A model generated the notes under the pieces. It saw nothing but the letters and a program-made list of their open reading frames with translations. It was not told where the DNA came from and did no database searches. DNA of 64,000 nt from Chrysomallon squamiferum (Eukaryota > Animalia > Mollusca). The stretch is from contig CM022668.1 of NCBI GenBank assembly GCA_012295275.1, positions 15,810,001 to 15,874,000 of the forward strand, in the 5' to 3' direction. The position numbers and the translations under genes were made by a program. This document shows positions 25,997 to 40,787 of the stretch, one piece after another (the first letter of the stretch is position 1; every line of letters begins with the position of its first letter).

Positions 25997-26834
25997 TGTA
26001 TGTGTATATATTTATATGTATGTTGCATATGTATGTATAATTATATGTGTGTGTCATGTATGTATGTGTGTGTGTTTATCTATCTGTGTGTATGTAAGTA
26101 TGTATATTTTATAACTATTATTACAAATACAATTTTTAAAGACATTTCATCATCAACCTTACCTTTTTTTTATTTAAAAAACATTTTTGCCATTAAACTA
26201 ACAGCACCTTTTTAAAAAAAGAAAAAAAATGTGCTATAATTGACACTTTCTGAAAGCATTGGACATAATAACGGACAGTTATTAGACAAGGAATGTCTGC
26301 TATTAGACAGAACGAAGGATGCCATTAGACAAGTAGAATTAAAGCTTATTGATCTGCTGGATCTGACGGGAATGAGACAGTTTGTGATTGAGTGTTTTAG
26401 TCAGTCGAATTCCTTCGTTCATTAAGTAGGTTTTAGCTATTTTCGAGAACAAAAATCTGGTCGCATTGACCTTGAGGTGACATTGAGCAGAAAAACTCTT
26501 GAGAAAGGTGAACAGGTTTTGCGACAAATTGTGCATAATTCGATGCGAGACGGAGATGGTGGAATCGGTGGAGTCGGTGATTCGTCCATATTGATTCAGT
26601 CGGTGATTCAAGGCGAGGACTGGAAGTGTGTGATGAGTTCACTTCGTTGTATAAGACTGCTGTTATTTTTAATTTTATACTTTTTTTATTTTTTATAAAT
26701 GTTTTATTGTTATTGTTTATTTACTTTTTAAAATTTTTTTGTAAATGTGTGTGTGTTGGTGCATGATTTTGTGTGTTGTGTGTGATGTTCAATTGTTTTT
26801 GTAAAAAATATATATATATGTATGCATGCATATA

Positions 26835-26881
<47 letters not shown>

Positions 26882-26927
26882 CTGTCTTTAAAAAAAAAAT
26901 TTAATTTTAATTTTTATTTATGTCTGA

Positions 26928-26969
<42 letters not shown>

Positions 26970-27151
26970 ATATATATAGATAGATATATAGATATATACA
27001 AAAATATACATCATGCATGTACAGAAAAAAAGATACACACTTCATGTTTTATATATGTGTGTGTGTTGTGTTTGTGTCTGTTTATGTGTGTGTATCTTAG
27101 TTAGTGTGTGTGTGTGTGTGTGTGTGTGTATCTGTTGTGTGTGTGTGCTGT

Positions 27152-27198
<47 letters not shown>

Positions 27199-28260
27199 GT
27201 GTCTGTTTTTGTGTGTAAAGATTTTCTAGATTTATCTGGTCCTGTTTTCCAAGTAATATCGATCAAGAAAGAAAAATAAAGAAAATTTTCTCCAAAATCC
27301 ATTACCACAACTGGGCTTCACAGCAGAAATAGAAAATTAAAAAGAAAGTAAATGACTGAAAATTTGTTTTTAAAAGCACAGTTAAGATTTGAAAGTGTTA
27401 AAGGAGAAAACAAAACAAAACAAAAAAAAAGAAATGAAGAGGTGTTTTTAAAACCGTAACCACAATTTGAAAATTACAGAGGGAAAAAAAACAGTAAAGA
27501 AAAATAACAGAATTTTAATTTTTTTTTGAAACCATACCCATGATTTGAAGTTAGAAATACTCATATATTTTATATTATTAATTGGTAAGATAATTAAAAC
27601 AGGAGTTCTGTTTCACCTGTTATCATTATAATTTTCAACTCTTCTCTTTTCCATTGTGTTAATTTTATTTTAAAAAACAAAAAACAGATAATGTAGTAAT
27701 GTAGTTCCTGACACAAGACATTGAAACACTAGTGTGGTGAACATGGTAAATAATATTATTAATTTTTTATTATTATTATTATTAGTTTTATTTATTTATT
27801 TATTTATTTTTTTTTTTTTTTTTTTTTGCACCTGTACAATAAACATTCTGTCAGGTGTTAATAATTAACAGGTGTGTGACACTAATTAGAATACCTGAAT
27901 ATTTTTTGGGGGTATTTTTTATTATATTTTTCAATACAAGTTATTCAAAAAAAAAATGTGTTTTATATTTTGTTTCTCTATTTCGGGATGGTAAACATCC
28001 TCTTACATGAATTTCACTGTCTTTTTTTTTTAGCCCATTTCTGTCAGTGCTCCTAACTATTTATCAAACACTGTGTTGTATTTCTCCCTGTCTCTGGGAA
28101 GGTGCTAACTGATGATATTCTTTGCTGAAAATATTGACTTGAGGCAGAGAAGCAAGTATCATCATTATAAAGTGCTTGTTTTTAAAATATTATAAATATT
28201 TATATTAGTATCTTACAAATTGTTTTATATATTAAATACATGTAAATTATGGATTTGTTA

Positions 28261-28317
<57 letters not shown>

Positions 28318-28343
28318 CATTATTATTATTGTTATTATTATTA

Positions 28344-28380
<37 letters not shown>

Positions 28381-28988
28381 GATTATTATTATTAAAGTTA
28401 TTATTATATTGCAACTACTACTACCACTACTGCTAGCACTAGCACAGGTAGTAGTAGTAGTAGTAGTAGTAATAATTTTTACTTTTTATTATCTTTAAAT
28501 TCATAACATTTATTTTATAATTTTTATTTACTTCCATTAATAAGAATTAATTAATCATTTCCATTCCTTTCACATTACATTTCATTTTCCCCATTCGACC
28601 ACAAAAACACTTCCTAAATTTCAAACCTCCACTAAAAATCAAAAAATCAAAAATCTTCCAAGATCACCCTCTTTAGTATCCTTTCCTCAAGTCTGTCACA
28701 GGATCAAAGCCCATACAAGCCCGTGCTGATAAATAAACTTGTAGAATCAATCTGATTTAGACATCTACACATTTACAAGCCCTGTCTTCAGCTTGCGAGC
28801 CCATCACTCACGGCCGGCGCATCGCCGGGGAAAAATCTTCAGCTGCGTCACGACTGAGTAGAAATGGGACGTTGAACAACAAATAAGACGAGTGGAAAAT
28901 TACACACATCATTGAAAAGAACTACAAGCAGATACAACTCGTAAACACAGACGGATTAACTGTCAAATTGTTTTTACAGTACGACTGG

Positions 28989-29022
<34 letters not shown>

Positions 29023-29624
29023 CTCTCTCCTCTCTTGCCTATGTCTGCGTTTCTGTTAACAGCTATTTGTTGCTGTCATTTTTCTCCGTAGAGTTTTCTC
29101 TCTTTTTTATTTTTCTCTGTCTGTGTTTCTGTTTCTTAAACACACACACACACGGACACACAGATACACACACACATAAATACACACATATACATATAAA
29201 AGTATATATTTTCTTTTTTTATGTTTTTTCTCTCTTTCTCTCTCTCATTGTTTTTCTTGCTTATTGTCTCTCTTTCTCCCTCACTCTGTTTCTGTCAGTG
29301 TATGTGTATGTGTGTGTGTGTTTATCTATGTATCTATCTACATTCTTATGCATGTGTGTGTGTGTGAGTGAGTGTGTATACATACATACTTTAAAGTATT
29401 ATATATCATAAAATGTATACCTAATAACTTAACATTCAATATATATTGAATAAATATTCGTTCACACACACACACACACACATACACACATAACATGCAT
29501 ACACACACACATACACAAATTCTTACACTGTACTTAACATTCATAATTAACAGATCAATATATATATATATATATATATAGTTATTAGATGTTTTATATC
29601 TATATAATAAAAGTTATTAGATGT

Positions 29625-29666
<42 letters not shown>

Positions 29667-30077
29667 ACATCAAATAAACTGTAATTTAGTTAAACAAAAA
29701 TTCTTTCACTCAGTCAGTTCCCCCTCCCCACCCCCAGTTTATCTCGGCAGACGTCAGTCAGCGTGTGTTTCGTTTTGTCACACACAACAGCACGCTAATG
29801 TTCTGTTTTGTGCGCGGTGTTTATTCGGACACAATAATCGCCTCGTAAAACTTATCCAGCGCATTGTGGCTCCCCCCTCATTCTTTACACAGACCCCTGC
29901 CTTGCAGCGCATTGTGAGGAAGCGAAGCGCGAAAACTGATCCCATCTGCAGTTGACGATTTCGGGAGTTTCGTTCGGCGACACACAATACGACGACGACT
30001 ACACAAGATGTTGCTTTGTTCACAACCTTATTTTAAAATCCTTCCAGTGAGGCTTTTTTTTAAAATATATATATTTT

Positions 30078-30116
<39 letters not shown>

Positions 30117-30147
30117 TTTTTTTTATTTTTATTTTTTTCAAATTCAG

Positions 30148-30254
30148 TGAAGCGTGTAATGGTGGATCATTATTGCTGACCCATTCGATACGGCTTTGTA
30201 TTGCACACCAGTGAGATGTTGGTATTAGCTCAGCCTGATGAAGTATTATGTGAG
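30148..30254 (+). other. Candidate exon downstream of the CpG-rich island at 29740-30046
   Basis: T-rich acceptor ...TTTTTTCAAATTCAG| at 30147, donor GAG|GTAAAT at 30254/30255; possible upstream donor CCA|GTGAGG at 30046/30047. Confidence 0.3.
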
Positions 30255-31733
30255 GTAAATAGGAGATAATTTGGCAGGTGTAATTGAAGGTTTAATTTAT
30301 TGTTGTTGTGTTTGGAACAGCTGCAGTACATGTTTCACACAGTTAGGGGTTTTTTTTTTTTTTTTTCAGTGACGGTCGTAATAAAAATGTATAAAAATAT
30401 TTTCCTGGTTGCAGGTTGAGTTTTTTATATACGTCGTGTAATACTGAGTAGGTGGGTGTGTGTGTGGGTGTGGGTGATAAATAAATAATAAGTTTTATAT
30501 ATATAACACATAGATGAAGCTGTTAATTATGAATGTTGTGTGTATGTGTATGTATAAGTGTATGTAAGTATGTGTATATATATAGATGTGTGTTTGTGTA
30601 TGTATGTATGTATATATCTGGATGGATGGATAAATGGATGTACAGATGGGTATATATGTATGTGCATACATTTATATACATATATGTATGTATATATACA
30701 TGTGTGTGGATACATGTTAATATTCAATCATCAACCATCAAGAATACAAAACAACTACAACTAAAACTGTTGTATGAATACCTGATAATACTTAATAATG
30801 TACAAAAATTTACCTCACTGTTAACCCACAGACTTTAAACATATTTCAACATCACAAACAGATTCATGCTAAATTTTTTACAGAAATAATTGATTCTCAC
30901 CTTTAATTTCACCCTGATGGTTAATCCACTGAAACTGTTGATTACACAACACTATTGATTTATCCATTCAAAGATATGTGTTGAAATCTAACCAAGCAGA
31001 GCAGATTGAAAGCTCACAGGCACAAGACAAATAAACAAATGTTGACAAATTACCATCACTAGAAGACTGTCAGACCAAACCGAAGAGGAGAATTTGTCGA
31101 ACAAAAATCCTTTTCATGTTTCATTTGTTCTGATAGCATTGCCATGCAAAATGTTCTGTCATTTTTTTTTTCTATATATATATATATATTTTTTTTTATT
31201 TTTTTTATCTTTATCTCAATTGATTTATCATCATTCTTATCTCCAGGATTTTTCCAGATCAATGCTTCTTCGCAAAAGAAAGAAGGAAACCAAAAAAAAA
31301 AAAAAAAAAAAAATCAAAACAAAGGAACGACAAGAACTGTAGAAAAATGAAATAACAGTAGAACGAGAAAAATCACAGAACCAGTTCCATATCGAATATA
31401 TCCCACACCTGGTCCAACCACATAACAGTTCTTCCCCATTAGCCAGTTACAGAATGTGTGATTTCTTTTTCTTCTTCTTCTTTCTTTTTTTTTCTTTTTT
31501 TTAATTCTTTTTACTCTACATTCTTTTTTCTTTTTCTTTTGAATTAAGTGAGAGATAAAAAAAAAGACAAAAATCTTTCTTTTCAAACAAATGACACTTG
31601 TGTGTGCTGTTGTTGTTGGCTTTGTGGGGTGGGCGATCGCGGGATGAATGGTACAAAACAATTAACTGACAGCCTCACAAAGCCTAATTGGCACACCGGC
31701 TTGTTGTCGCTGTTCCGCGACTGCGTGCTACCC

Positions 31734-32602
31734 ACAGTGCGGCCCGTTTTACTGGACACCTGTAGAATGAAATCTAGTGTTTTCTGACTGTTCTGTGTTA
31801 CAGTGCAGCCCGTTTTACTGGACACCTGTAGAGTGAAACCTAGTGTTTTCTGACTGTTCTGTGTTACAGTGCAGCCCGTTTTACTGGACACCTGTAGTGT
31901 GAAATCTGGTGTTTTCTGACTGTTCTGTGTTACAGTGCAGCCCGTTTTACTGGACACCTGTAGAGTGAAACCTAGTGTTTTCTGACTGTTCTGTGTTACA
32001 GTGCAGCCCGTTTTACTGGACACCTGTAGTGTGAAATCTGGTGTTTTCTGACTGTTCTGTGTTACAGTGCAGCCCGTTTTACTAGACACCTGTACAGTGA
32101 AATCTAGTGTTTTCTGACTGTTCTGTGTTACAGTGCAGCCAGTTTTACTAGACACCTGTAGTGTTAAATCTGGTGTTTTCTGACTGTTCTGTGTTACAGT
32201 GCAGACAGTTTTACTAGACACCTGTACAGTGAAATCTAGTGTTTTCTGACTGTTCTGTGTTACAGTGCAGCCAGTTTTACTAGACACCTGTAGTGTTAAA
32301 TCTGGTGTTTTCTGACTGTTCTGTGTTACAGTGCAGCCAGTTTTACTAGACACCTGTACAGTGAAATCTAGTGTTTTCTGACTGTTCTGTGTTACAGTGC
32401 AGACAGTTTTACTAGACACCTGTAGTGTTAAATCTGGTGTTTTCTGACTGTTCTGTGTTACAGTGCAGACAGTTTTACTAGACACCTGTACAGTGAAATC
32501 TAGTGTTTTCTGACTGTTCTGTGTTACAGTGCAGACAGTTTTACTAGACACCTGTAGTGTTAAATCTGGTGTTTTCTGACTGTTCTGTGTTACAGTGCAG
32601 CC
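31734..32602. repeat. 66-bp minisatellite, 13 copies plus a partial, alternating A/B variants
   Basis: ACAGTGC recurs every 66 bp from 31734 to 32592; ...CTAGTG and ...CTGGTG units alternate. Confidence 0.97.
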
Positions 32603-32609
32603 ATATTTT

Positions 32610-32797
32610 ATGTCTCCATATTAACTTATACTTCATGTCTCCTTTTTAACCTGTACTTCAAATCTCCTTATTAACCTCAACTTCAAATCTCCTTATTAAC
32701 ATCTACTTAAAATGTCCTTTTTAACCTATACTTCATGTCTCCTTATTAACCTATACTTCAAGTCTCCTTTTTAACCTGTACTTCTTTCCTTATTAAC
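32610..32797. repeat. ~24-25 bp minisatellite (TGTCTCCTTATTAACCTATACTTCA), ~7 copies
   Basis: Recurring CTCCTTWTTAACCT...ACTTCA. Confidence 0.85.
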
Positions 32798-32926
32798 TCA
32801 GATTCTCAATTAACCCCTTGTTCAACACACTGGTTCAGAGCTGGGAGGAAATAAAGGACAGACTGTTACCTGTATTTGTCACCTGGGCTCAGTCTTGTGG
32901 GACACAAAGTGTCAGACAGAACCAGC

Positions 32927-33250
32927 ACTCACTGGTTCAACTCACTGGTTCACCAGTCTTTCAGCTCACTGGTTCAGTGTTTCAACTCACTGGTTCAACT
33001 CACTGGTTCAGTGTTTCAGCTCACTGGTTCACCAGTGTTTCAACTTGCTGTTCAACTCAACTCACTGGTTCAACCCGCTGGTTCAACCCACTGGTTCAAC
33101 CTGCTGGTTCAACCCACTGGTTCAACTCGCTGGTTCAACTCGTTGGTTCACCTCACCGGTTCAGTGTTTCAGCTGACTGGTTCAACTCGCTGGTTCAACT
33201 CGCTGTTTCAACTCACTGGTTCAACTTGCTGGTACACCAGTGTTTCAGCT
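32927..33250. repeat. 13-bp-based degenerate array (CTCACTGGTTCAA) with CAGTGTTTCAG inserts
   Basis: CTGGTTCA recurs throughout. Confidence 0.9.
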
Positions 33251-34194
33251 CAGGTTTCAGGACCTGCTCCATTCCACCGACTTTGTTTTGTGGCTACTTG
33301 TAAATGATAACATCGTCAGCTACAACTGACAAATGATTTGTACTAAGGGTTGTAACACTGTGGTGGAAACCTGATAGTTTGCGAGGACTGTGGAGTAAAC
33401 AATGACATCTTCTTTCAGTCTGCTCTGGTTTCCTAGATTGAGTTTTTTAACCCAGTTTCAACTTGCATGTCTGTGTTAGTCTTAATTTTCAACTTGTTTT
33501 TTTTTTTTTTTAATCTTTAGTTGAGTTTAGTTTAGTTTTTAGTTGTGTTTTTTTCTATTATTATTATTGTTGTTTTATTATTTTTATTATTTGTCTTAAT
33601 TTTATTTTAGTTTTTATTTAATTTTCTTTTATTTCCTTTCTTTATTTTTTTTATTTCATTTTATTTCATTTGTTTGTCTGTGTTAGTTTTTTTTTTTCTG
33701 GGGATTAATTTTTCTGATTTATTTTTTATATAAGTGAATGTTTTAAACCAGTTTTGTTGTGAATTTGTTTTATTTTTATATATATAAATCAGGTTTATAA
33801 ATCTGTTCATATTTCAATTATTGAAATTTATATTTTTTTAATTTTTTTTTTTTTATAACTGTTAAATTGAGATAACTGAATAAATTAACTTAAATATTCT
33901 TAGACATTTTTGAAACTTCTGTTTTGCCGAGTTTCTGTTTTAATTTAAATTAAAAAAAATTCTTTCTAGTTTTTAAATCACCCCCCACATCACTCATACA
34001 ACCATCCTTACATGTGTCATCTCTAAACCATTTTCTTAATCTTCACTCCCAGACTAGCTCCTCTCGTTATTCTGAAAGTTGTCTGTAAGAAGAAATGATT
34101 TCTTCCACAATACAATTCAAATTATTCCTCCACACAAAGACACTGAGCCTCATTTAAATGTGCCTGGCATCATTTTCACTCTCAGCCCACCCAC

Positions 34195-34238
<44 letters not shown>

Positions 34239-36082
34239 CAAATACTGCCACCCTTCGTGACATCTCCTCTACCAGTGCTAATATTTTCCCAAATCTCTGT
34301 CTTTTCCTCTCTGAACTGTGTCAAAGTATTGTCCTTGCTTATAAGATCTAAAAACAGTTGCCATTCCCACACATACAGTCAGCAGTTACATTCCTTCCTT
34401 CACCATCGTCATCTTGGGAGAAGAAATTAGGGAGAAGAGAGAAAAAAAAAAAAAAGAGTGGGATGTAGTACAACACAGTTAGTGTATCATCCATAAATCC
34501 CTTTTTTAAATATCACTCCCAAATTCTTCCCAATCTCACGTCAGTTATCCCACTAACATCCAAACCAACAGCAGTCCCCTGAACAAAATATATTTTTTTT
34601 TTTCACCTTTATATTTGTGTAATTTCTGTCACCTCCTCTTCCCCCTTTCCCCCCCACCACTTGACACCCCTTCTCCCATCAGTTCACCCTCCCCCCCACC
34701 ACTCCATTTTTCTCCCCCCCCAACCAAACACGGAGGGGGTGTGTGAAATGTCTCCGTAATTAACACCCCAGTGCCCGGTCGCCTCTTAATTCATCATTTT
34801 TGCACCTGCCTCCTGTGCGCGGGAGAGAAGTTAGTTAGTTTTTATTTCCATGCCGAAGAAGAAGAAGAAGAAGAAGAAGAAGAAGCCATTAATCGTGGCC
34901 GAACATCTCTATAACGTGCGTCTTCACCCTTCGTGTGTCATGCCAGGTTTAGCTCGACGCTAATTTAAGACAAACCACAACTGACATGAGTTATCTGTGC
35001 TTGTACACACTAAAGATTATTTATCAGTTTATGGCCCAGATCATCATCATCATCATCATCTACTACGCAAAAGTAGTGTGTACACTTCTTTCTTTTGATT
35101 CTTCGTTCTCTGCTGCAGCTGATACGAAGTTGACAGTGAGATGTTTATTGTTCACTCGAATTGTTTTTGCCCTTCTTGAATTTTAAGAAAGAAAAAAAAT
35201 ATATGTATATATATATTTTTTTTTTTTTTTTTTTTTTTTCTGTGTGTTATGGTGTGTCCTTGATAAATTGGTTCTTGCTGGATTAGATTTTAAGATTTTA
35301 TTAATTTGTTTATTTATTTATTTATTAGTAGTAGGAATAGCAGCAGTTTTATTTATTTATTTATTTATTTATTTGTTTGTTTATTCATTTTTGTTATCAT
35401 TATCATTATTATTATTATTATTAGTAGTAGTAGTAGTAGTAGTAGTATTTTATTATTATTATTTATTATTATTATTATTATTATTTATATATTTTATTTA
35501 TTTATATATTTATTTATTTTTATTTTCTTTAAAATGTCATACCTCAAAATGTCAAATATTTCATTTCTTCGTGTAAACAACAAACACCCAATCATTAGAA
35601 GCACATTTCATAAATTTCATAATATTCAACATTCTGAAGCTTATCATTTTAAAAGATCACCTCCATCAATCTGACTATTAGAACAACAGGCATCAGCTGT
35701 ATCAAATAAGTTTGACCATTTAGGACATTAGTTTTCCATAGTAACATACAGTGTTAGAAAATATAATGATGGAAGATTAATAATAGTTTGTAGGTGTGTG
35801 ATACAGGTTACTAGTGCACTACATGGGATATCATGTCTTAGTAATACAATATAGGTGGAACTGAATGACATTCCAGTGTGTGTAGAAAAGTATGATATAT
35901 CAGGAGTATTGTGTAGATTTTATTTCGAGATGACAGTAAATTATAAAAAGTGGAATTTCTATATGTATATACACACACACATATGTTTAACAGAAATATT
36001 CTAAATAATTATGTTGTATTATGATAATAACATGTGATATATAATCTCTATTACATACACACAAGAGTGTTATAAATATATT

Positions 36083-36239
36083 ACACACATACAGTTTGTA
36101 TTACATACTGTACTACACACATACACTTAGTATTACATACTGTACTACACACACACACAGTTTGTATTACATACTGTACTATACACACATACACTTTGTA
36201 TTACATACTGTACTACACACACACACAGTTTGTATTACA
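36083..36239. repeat. ~30-36 bp minisatellite (CACAGTTTGTATTACATACTGTACTACA), ~5 copies
   Basis: GTATTACA recurs five times. Confidence 0.85.
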
Positions 36240-37080
36240 GAGCCTCACATGTTATAAATAGCCCTGTTTCCTTATTATCCTATCAGAGTTGTAATCATCA
36301 ATAGAGAGAATTTGTGACAGCTGTTTATTTAGTGCTTATGTTATCTTAATACTTTGGCATAATAGACCATATACATCATACAAATTGTATGTCACACTTA
36401 TCTCACAAACCAGATTGTTCTCATGTGCTGTATTAGAGATAGAGCTCTGCTAGCAGAAATCATGCCACAGCGACAGAAATAACTTTTATAAGCAAATATT
36501 TTCAAACATTAAAAGAAAAGGGTCTGGTTGTCAGCCAAAAAACCTGACGTAATGATGGTTTTTTTTTTTTTTTTTTTTAATTATGGGATTTTTGTTGAAT
36601 GGCATTAAAATTGAGATGTGTCTGGGGGGTTTTGGGTTGTTTTGTTTTTTTTAATTTTAGAAATATGGTGTGGGTTAATATTTTTTTAACATTTTCTAAA
36701 CACTTCTTTTACAGTTATGTTATTATTTGTTGTAGTAGTATAGATTATATTTGATGTTTGTTGTAGTTTGTGATTTGATTGCTGTGGATTTAAGTATGTG
36801 CGTGATAATATATTTATAAGACTTTAAAATGAATAATATATTTATAAGACTTTAAAATGAATATTTAAATTAAAGGTGGTGATGATGTTGGCATAATAAT
36901 TGAGAACCTTTGGTTTAAATTAATGAACTTAGTAATGGATTTGATGGTGATGATGATAATGATGATGATAATAAGTAGAATAATTACGATGATGACAGTG
37001 ATGATCATGATAATAATAAGTAGAATAATGATGATGATAAAGAAAATGAAACTAAGAAGAAAACTAAAACAAAGACACAC

Positions 37081-37120
<40 letters not shown>

Positions 37121-39797
37121 AGAAAAAATGACTACGGTGATCAGTTTACCTCCATTACAGAATGTTTACAGAAAGAAACATCCACCTCTACACATGCACT
37201 GCTACGTCAACTGCTTTGTCCTGACAGCTGGGTTAATCCCTCTTTGATGGGGGGATAATCCCCTGCCGAGGAATGAAATTTTGTCTTGTCATCCTTCGTA
37301 AATAAACCATCACCGGGTTTTTTTGTCGATAGCGCCGAATTCAATTTGGTTTTCCTCTCTAAATAATATTTGGTTATTTGTAGTAAATACAGATTTCCAG
37401 GAACCATTCCATGAAAATATTTTTCTTAACTAATTTTTGTTTTGTTCGTGACAGTGAATCTTTTCTAATAATAAAGAATGATTTATGAGAAGCTTGTAAA
37501 GATGCTGTGAAGTGGACATTTTTTTTTTTTTTTTTTTTGTTGTTGTTTTTTTGTTATGAATCAGTCTTTACTATTAAATAAAACAGAAGTGGATAAATAT
37601 TATTATTATTTTACTGTCCTGTTTTGTGATTACCAAAATTTGACCTACACCAGTTTTTCATGCTTGATTTAGTGTCTCTAAGTTTAAATAAATTTAGTAC
37701 AAAATTATATTTTCTAAATCTGTAAATGTGTTTTTTTTAACTAACACATAAATGAATTAAAAACCAGCTAGGTATAAACAAATAAATAATATTCCAGTTT
37801 TACATGAAGCATAAATTATAATGGGACTGAATAAAAATGAACTAGGTATAAACATTTTTGAATATATATATATATATATATATACAAAAAATATAAACTG
37901 TTATGAACTGAAGAGAAACAAAACAATTTAGGTGTAAACTCTTAAATAACAACCTTTTTTACACAAACAATAATAAATATAAGAAGGCATAAACATAATT
38001 CCTTTTTTTTTTTTTTAACAAACATAAAACAATAACGAACACAAATAAATGTAAATGAATAAAAAAAAGTACTAATTCTCACACAAAACGAAAGCTGCGA
38101 TGAACCGAAGAGACACAAAAACAAAACTAGACGTAAACAAACACAAAAAGGTTTTTTTTTTTTTTTTTTTCTTCTTTTTCTTCTTCTTTCCCCCTTCCCC
38201 CCGCCCCCTCCCCTGCGCCTTTTAGGAATGATTGGGAAATGGAGGCGAGCTGGGAGACAAGCAGTATGCTAACAATTACCAACTGCTTGGCACAGAAAGA
38301 GCCCAGTAAGAACCAGGTTTCCCCCCACACATGTTTCTGATTAGCTGTTTAAGTAAGAATTTTTCATAATAAACTCATTTTTGTAGGCAGGTGCCAAAAT
38401 TTGTTTGTCTACAGGTTCACAAATCAGACGTCTGAAAGAAGCGTGGTTGTCATTGTCGACACACGGTCTTGTAGTAAGTTGTAAGTAGTAAGTAGTAGTA
38501 GTGTGGTGGTGGTGGTGGTGGTGGTGGTGGTGGTGGTGGTGGTGGTTGTTGTTTTAGTTGTAGTGACTGTTTGGTCTGCTGGGAATTTGTTGCTGGTGTC
38601 ATTGTAGTGCAAATTTGTTGATTTATGAATATACATATATATATACATATATATATATATATATTACACATTTTTAAAATATTTATCTCTGGCGTCAGAC
38701 AGACACTCCCTCTACAAGAAAGCCTTTCTTTCGCTTGCAGTATATAATTTCCATTTGTCTGCCAGTGTGAGATATCCCACTCGCAAATCACAAAGACAAA
38801 CTCTGTGATTTCGTTAACTGACAGCTGTTAGACGTGGCCAGTGCCAGGGTGGCCTGTGAAGAGTTATGCCCCCTTCTCGGGAGCTCTTCTGAGGCGAAGA
38901 CTGATGTGTTTTGACAGGTCATATAGGAGGAAATTGTAGCCCATTGATTGCCATGGAAAAGTCAACAGTGGAAAGTGTGCCAGTTTAAAGAGTCTGGGAT
39001 GGTGGAAAAACATTTCTCGATACTTTCAAAATTGCGCTTGTTAAAAGTGGCGGAATAGGCACAAATTTTTTTTTGATATAAAAAAAAAAAAAAAAAAAAA
39101 AATTAGTTTCCGTTGATGCAGCAAAATGAATGTTTATTCGCTCAGATTAGGAATAATAAATAGAAGATAGGTTTAATTCCACACCCAGATTTTAATGTAA
39201 ACCATTAAAAATACCTCATTTCTTCTTGTGTGGAAGGTTCTCACCAGAACTGTGAGGATTTTAATGTAAACCTGAAACTACTCTAGTTTCTTTGTAAATC
39301 AGTCCATGTTTTTTATGTAAAGAATTAATTTTTTTTTTTTTAATGTAAACATTACTGTATCATATTTTATCTTGTAGAACATTTTCTTTGTTAATGTAAA
39401 CTGTTATATATACATGATATTTAGTCTTGTAAAGAATTTCTCGTATAATTTGAATATTAGCCTTTTATTGTTTCGTAAAAAGTTTTCATAGAAACACTGA
39501 GACTGTTAATATAAGCCAATGTATACTGTATGTATTGTTCTTAAAAATTTCTTTCATAATTTGAATGAAAGCCTTTTAATGTAATAAGCAATATACCAGA
39601 TTTTATCACAAAATTACAAGATGGTTATTGCAAACCACTATGTGATGTATTTAATCTTGTATAAAATTTCTTGCATAATTTGAATAAGACATTACAAGAA
39701 AACCATAAAACATCACATTCCATTGTTTCCTCCCATTTTAGCCACAGAGCATATAAAAATAATCTTGCTTCCAAATAAAAGAGTCGTAACTTTTTCA

Positions 39798-39974
39798 CTG
39801 CCAGTAGGAAGGTGCGCAGAGAAAATGACTTACTGCTAATTTGAAAAAGAGTAGTTTGTTTTTCGCTGCCAGTAGGAAGGTGCACAGAGAAAATGACTTA
39901 CTGCTAATTTGAAAAAGAGTAGTTTGTTTTTCGCTGCCAGTAGGAAGGTACAGAGAGAAGATTACTTACTGCTA
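39798..39974. repeat. 68-bp tandem repeat, ~2.6 copies
   Basis: CTGCCAGTAGGAAGGT at 39798, 39866, 39934. Confidence 0.93.
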
Positions 39975-40155
39975 GATGAAAAATGAATAGCCCACAGTTA
40001 TTTCTTCATCCCTGTTTTCACAGCAAATATTTCAGTTTTCATAACGCAATTCTAAAATGAGTCGCATAATAATTTTGCTATCCATTACGTTTTTGCTGTA
40101 TTAAATGTTAAAACTGATCAGTCACCAAAGATCTGAAAACAATCTCTAGGCTAAT

Positions 40156-40220
40156 GATTTGTATTTAAGATTTGTATTTAAGATTTGTATTTAAGATTTG
40201 CATTTAAGATTTGTATTTAA
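40156..40220. repeat. 13-bp tandem repeat (GATTTGTATTTAA) x5
   Basis: Seen directly. Confidence 0.93.
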
Positions 40221-40323
40221 CTGCAGATTAAAACACGTCGTGCATTTGTCATCTGTTTCTTCATCATGTAATTAGACTTGTTAGGTTTACATCAGTAATT
40301 ACAGTTTTATCAGACAGGAGACG

Positions 40324-40550
40324 GTTATTTCAAACAACAGACAGATATCTCTAATACGAGTAAGTTATTTCAAATACCAGACAGCTATCTCTAATACAAG
40401 TAAGTTATTTCAAATACCAGACAGCTATCTTTAATATGAGTAAGTTATTTCAAATACCAGACAGCTATCTCTAATACGAGTAAGTTATTTCAAATACCAG
40501 ACAGTTATTTCAAATACCAGACAGATATCTCGAGAAACAGACAGATATCT
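40324..40550. repeat. 40-bp minisatellite (GTTATTTCAAATACCAGACAGCTATCTCTAATACGAGTAA), ~5 copies
   Basis: Units recur at 40-bp spacing, with a truncated unit near 40484-40504. Confidence 0.92.
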
Positions 40551-40725
40551 GGCAGCTGAGACATAAAAGATTAAAATAAAACAATTCGGAGAATTTGGAA
40601 ATTGTCAAGCACTCAAGGAATGGGAGAGTGTAAGATTTGAGTTCAAACTTTCACTTTCTATTTTTACATTCTCTGCATCTGTTTATCTTTATTTTTCTTG
40701 TGGGTTTTCTTACATGTTGTGTAAA

Positions 40726-40787
<62 letters not shown>

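Noticed and set aside
31583-32551. 322-aa ORF as a protein-coding gene
   Set aside because: Almost entirely a 66-bp minisatellite, non-ATG start inside the array, no recognisable domain.
31734-33250. CRISPR-like array
   Set aside because: Head-to-tail repeats without unique spacers, no cas genes, eukaryotic context.
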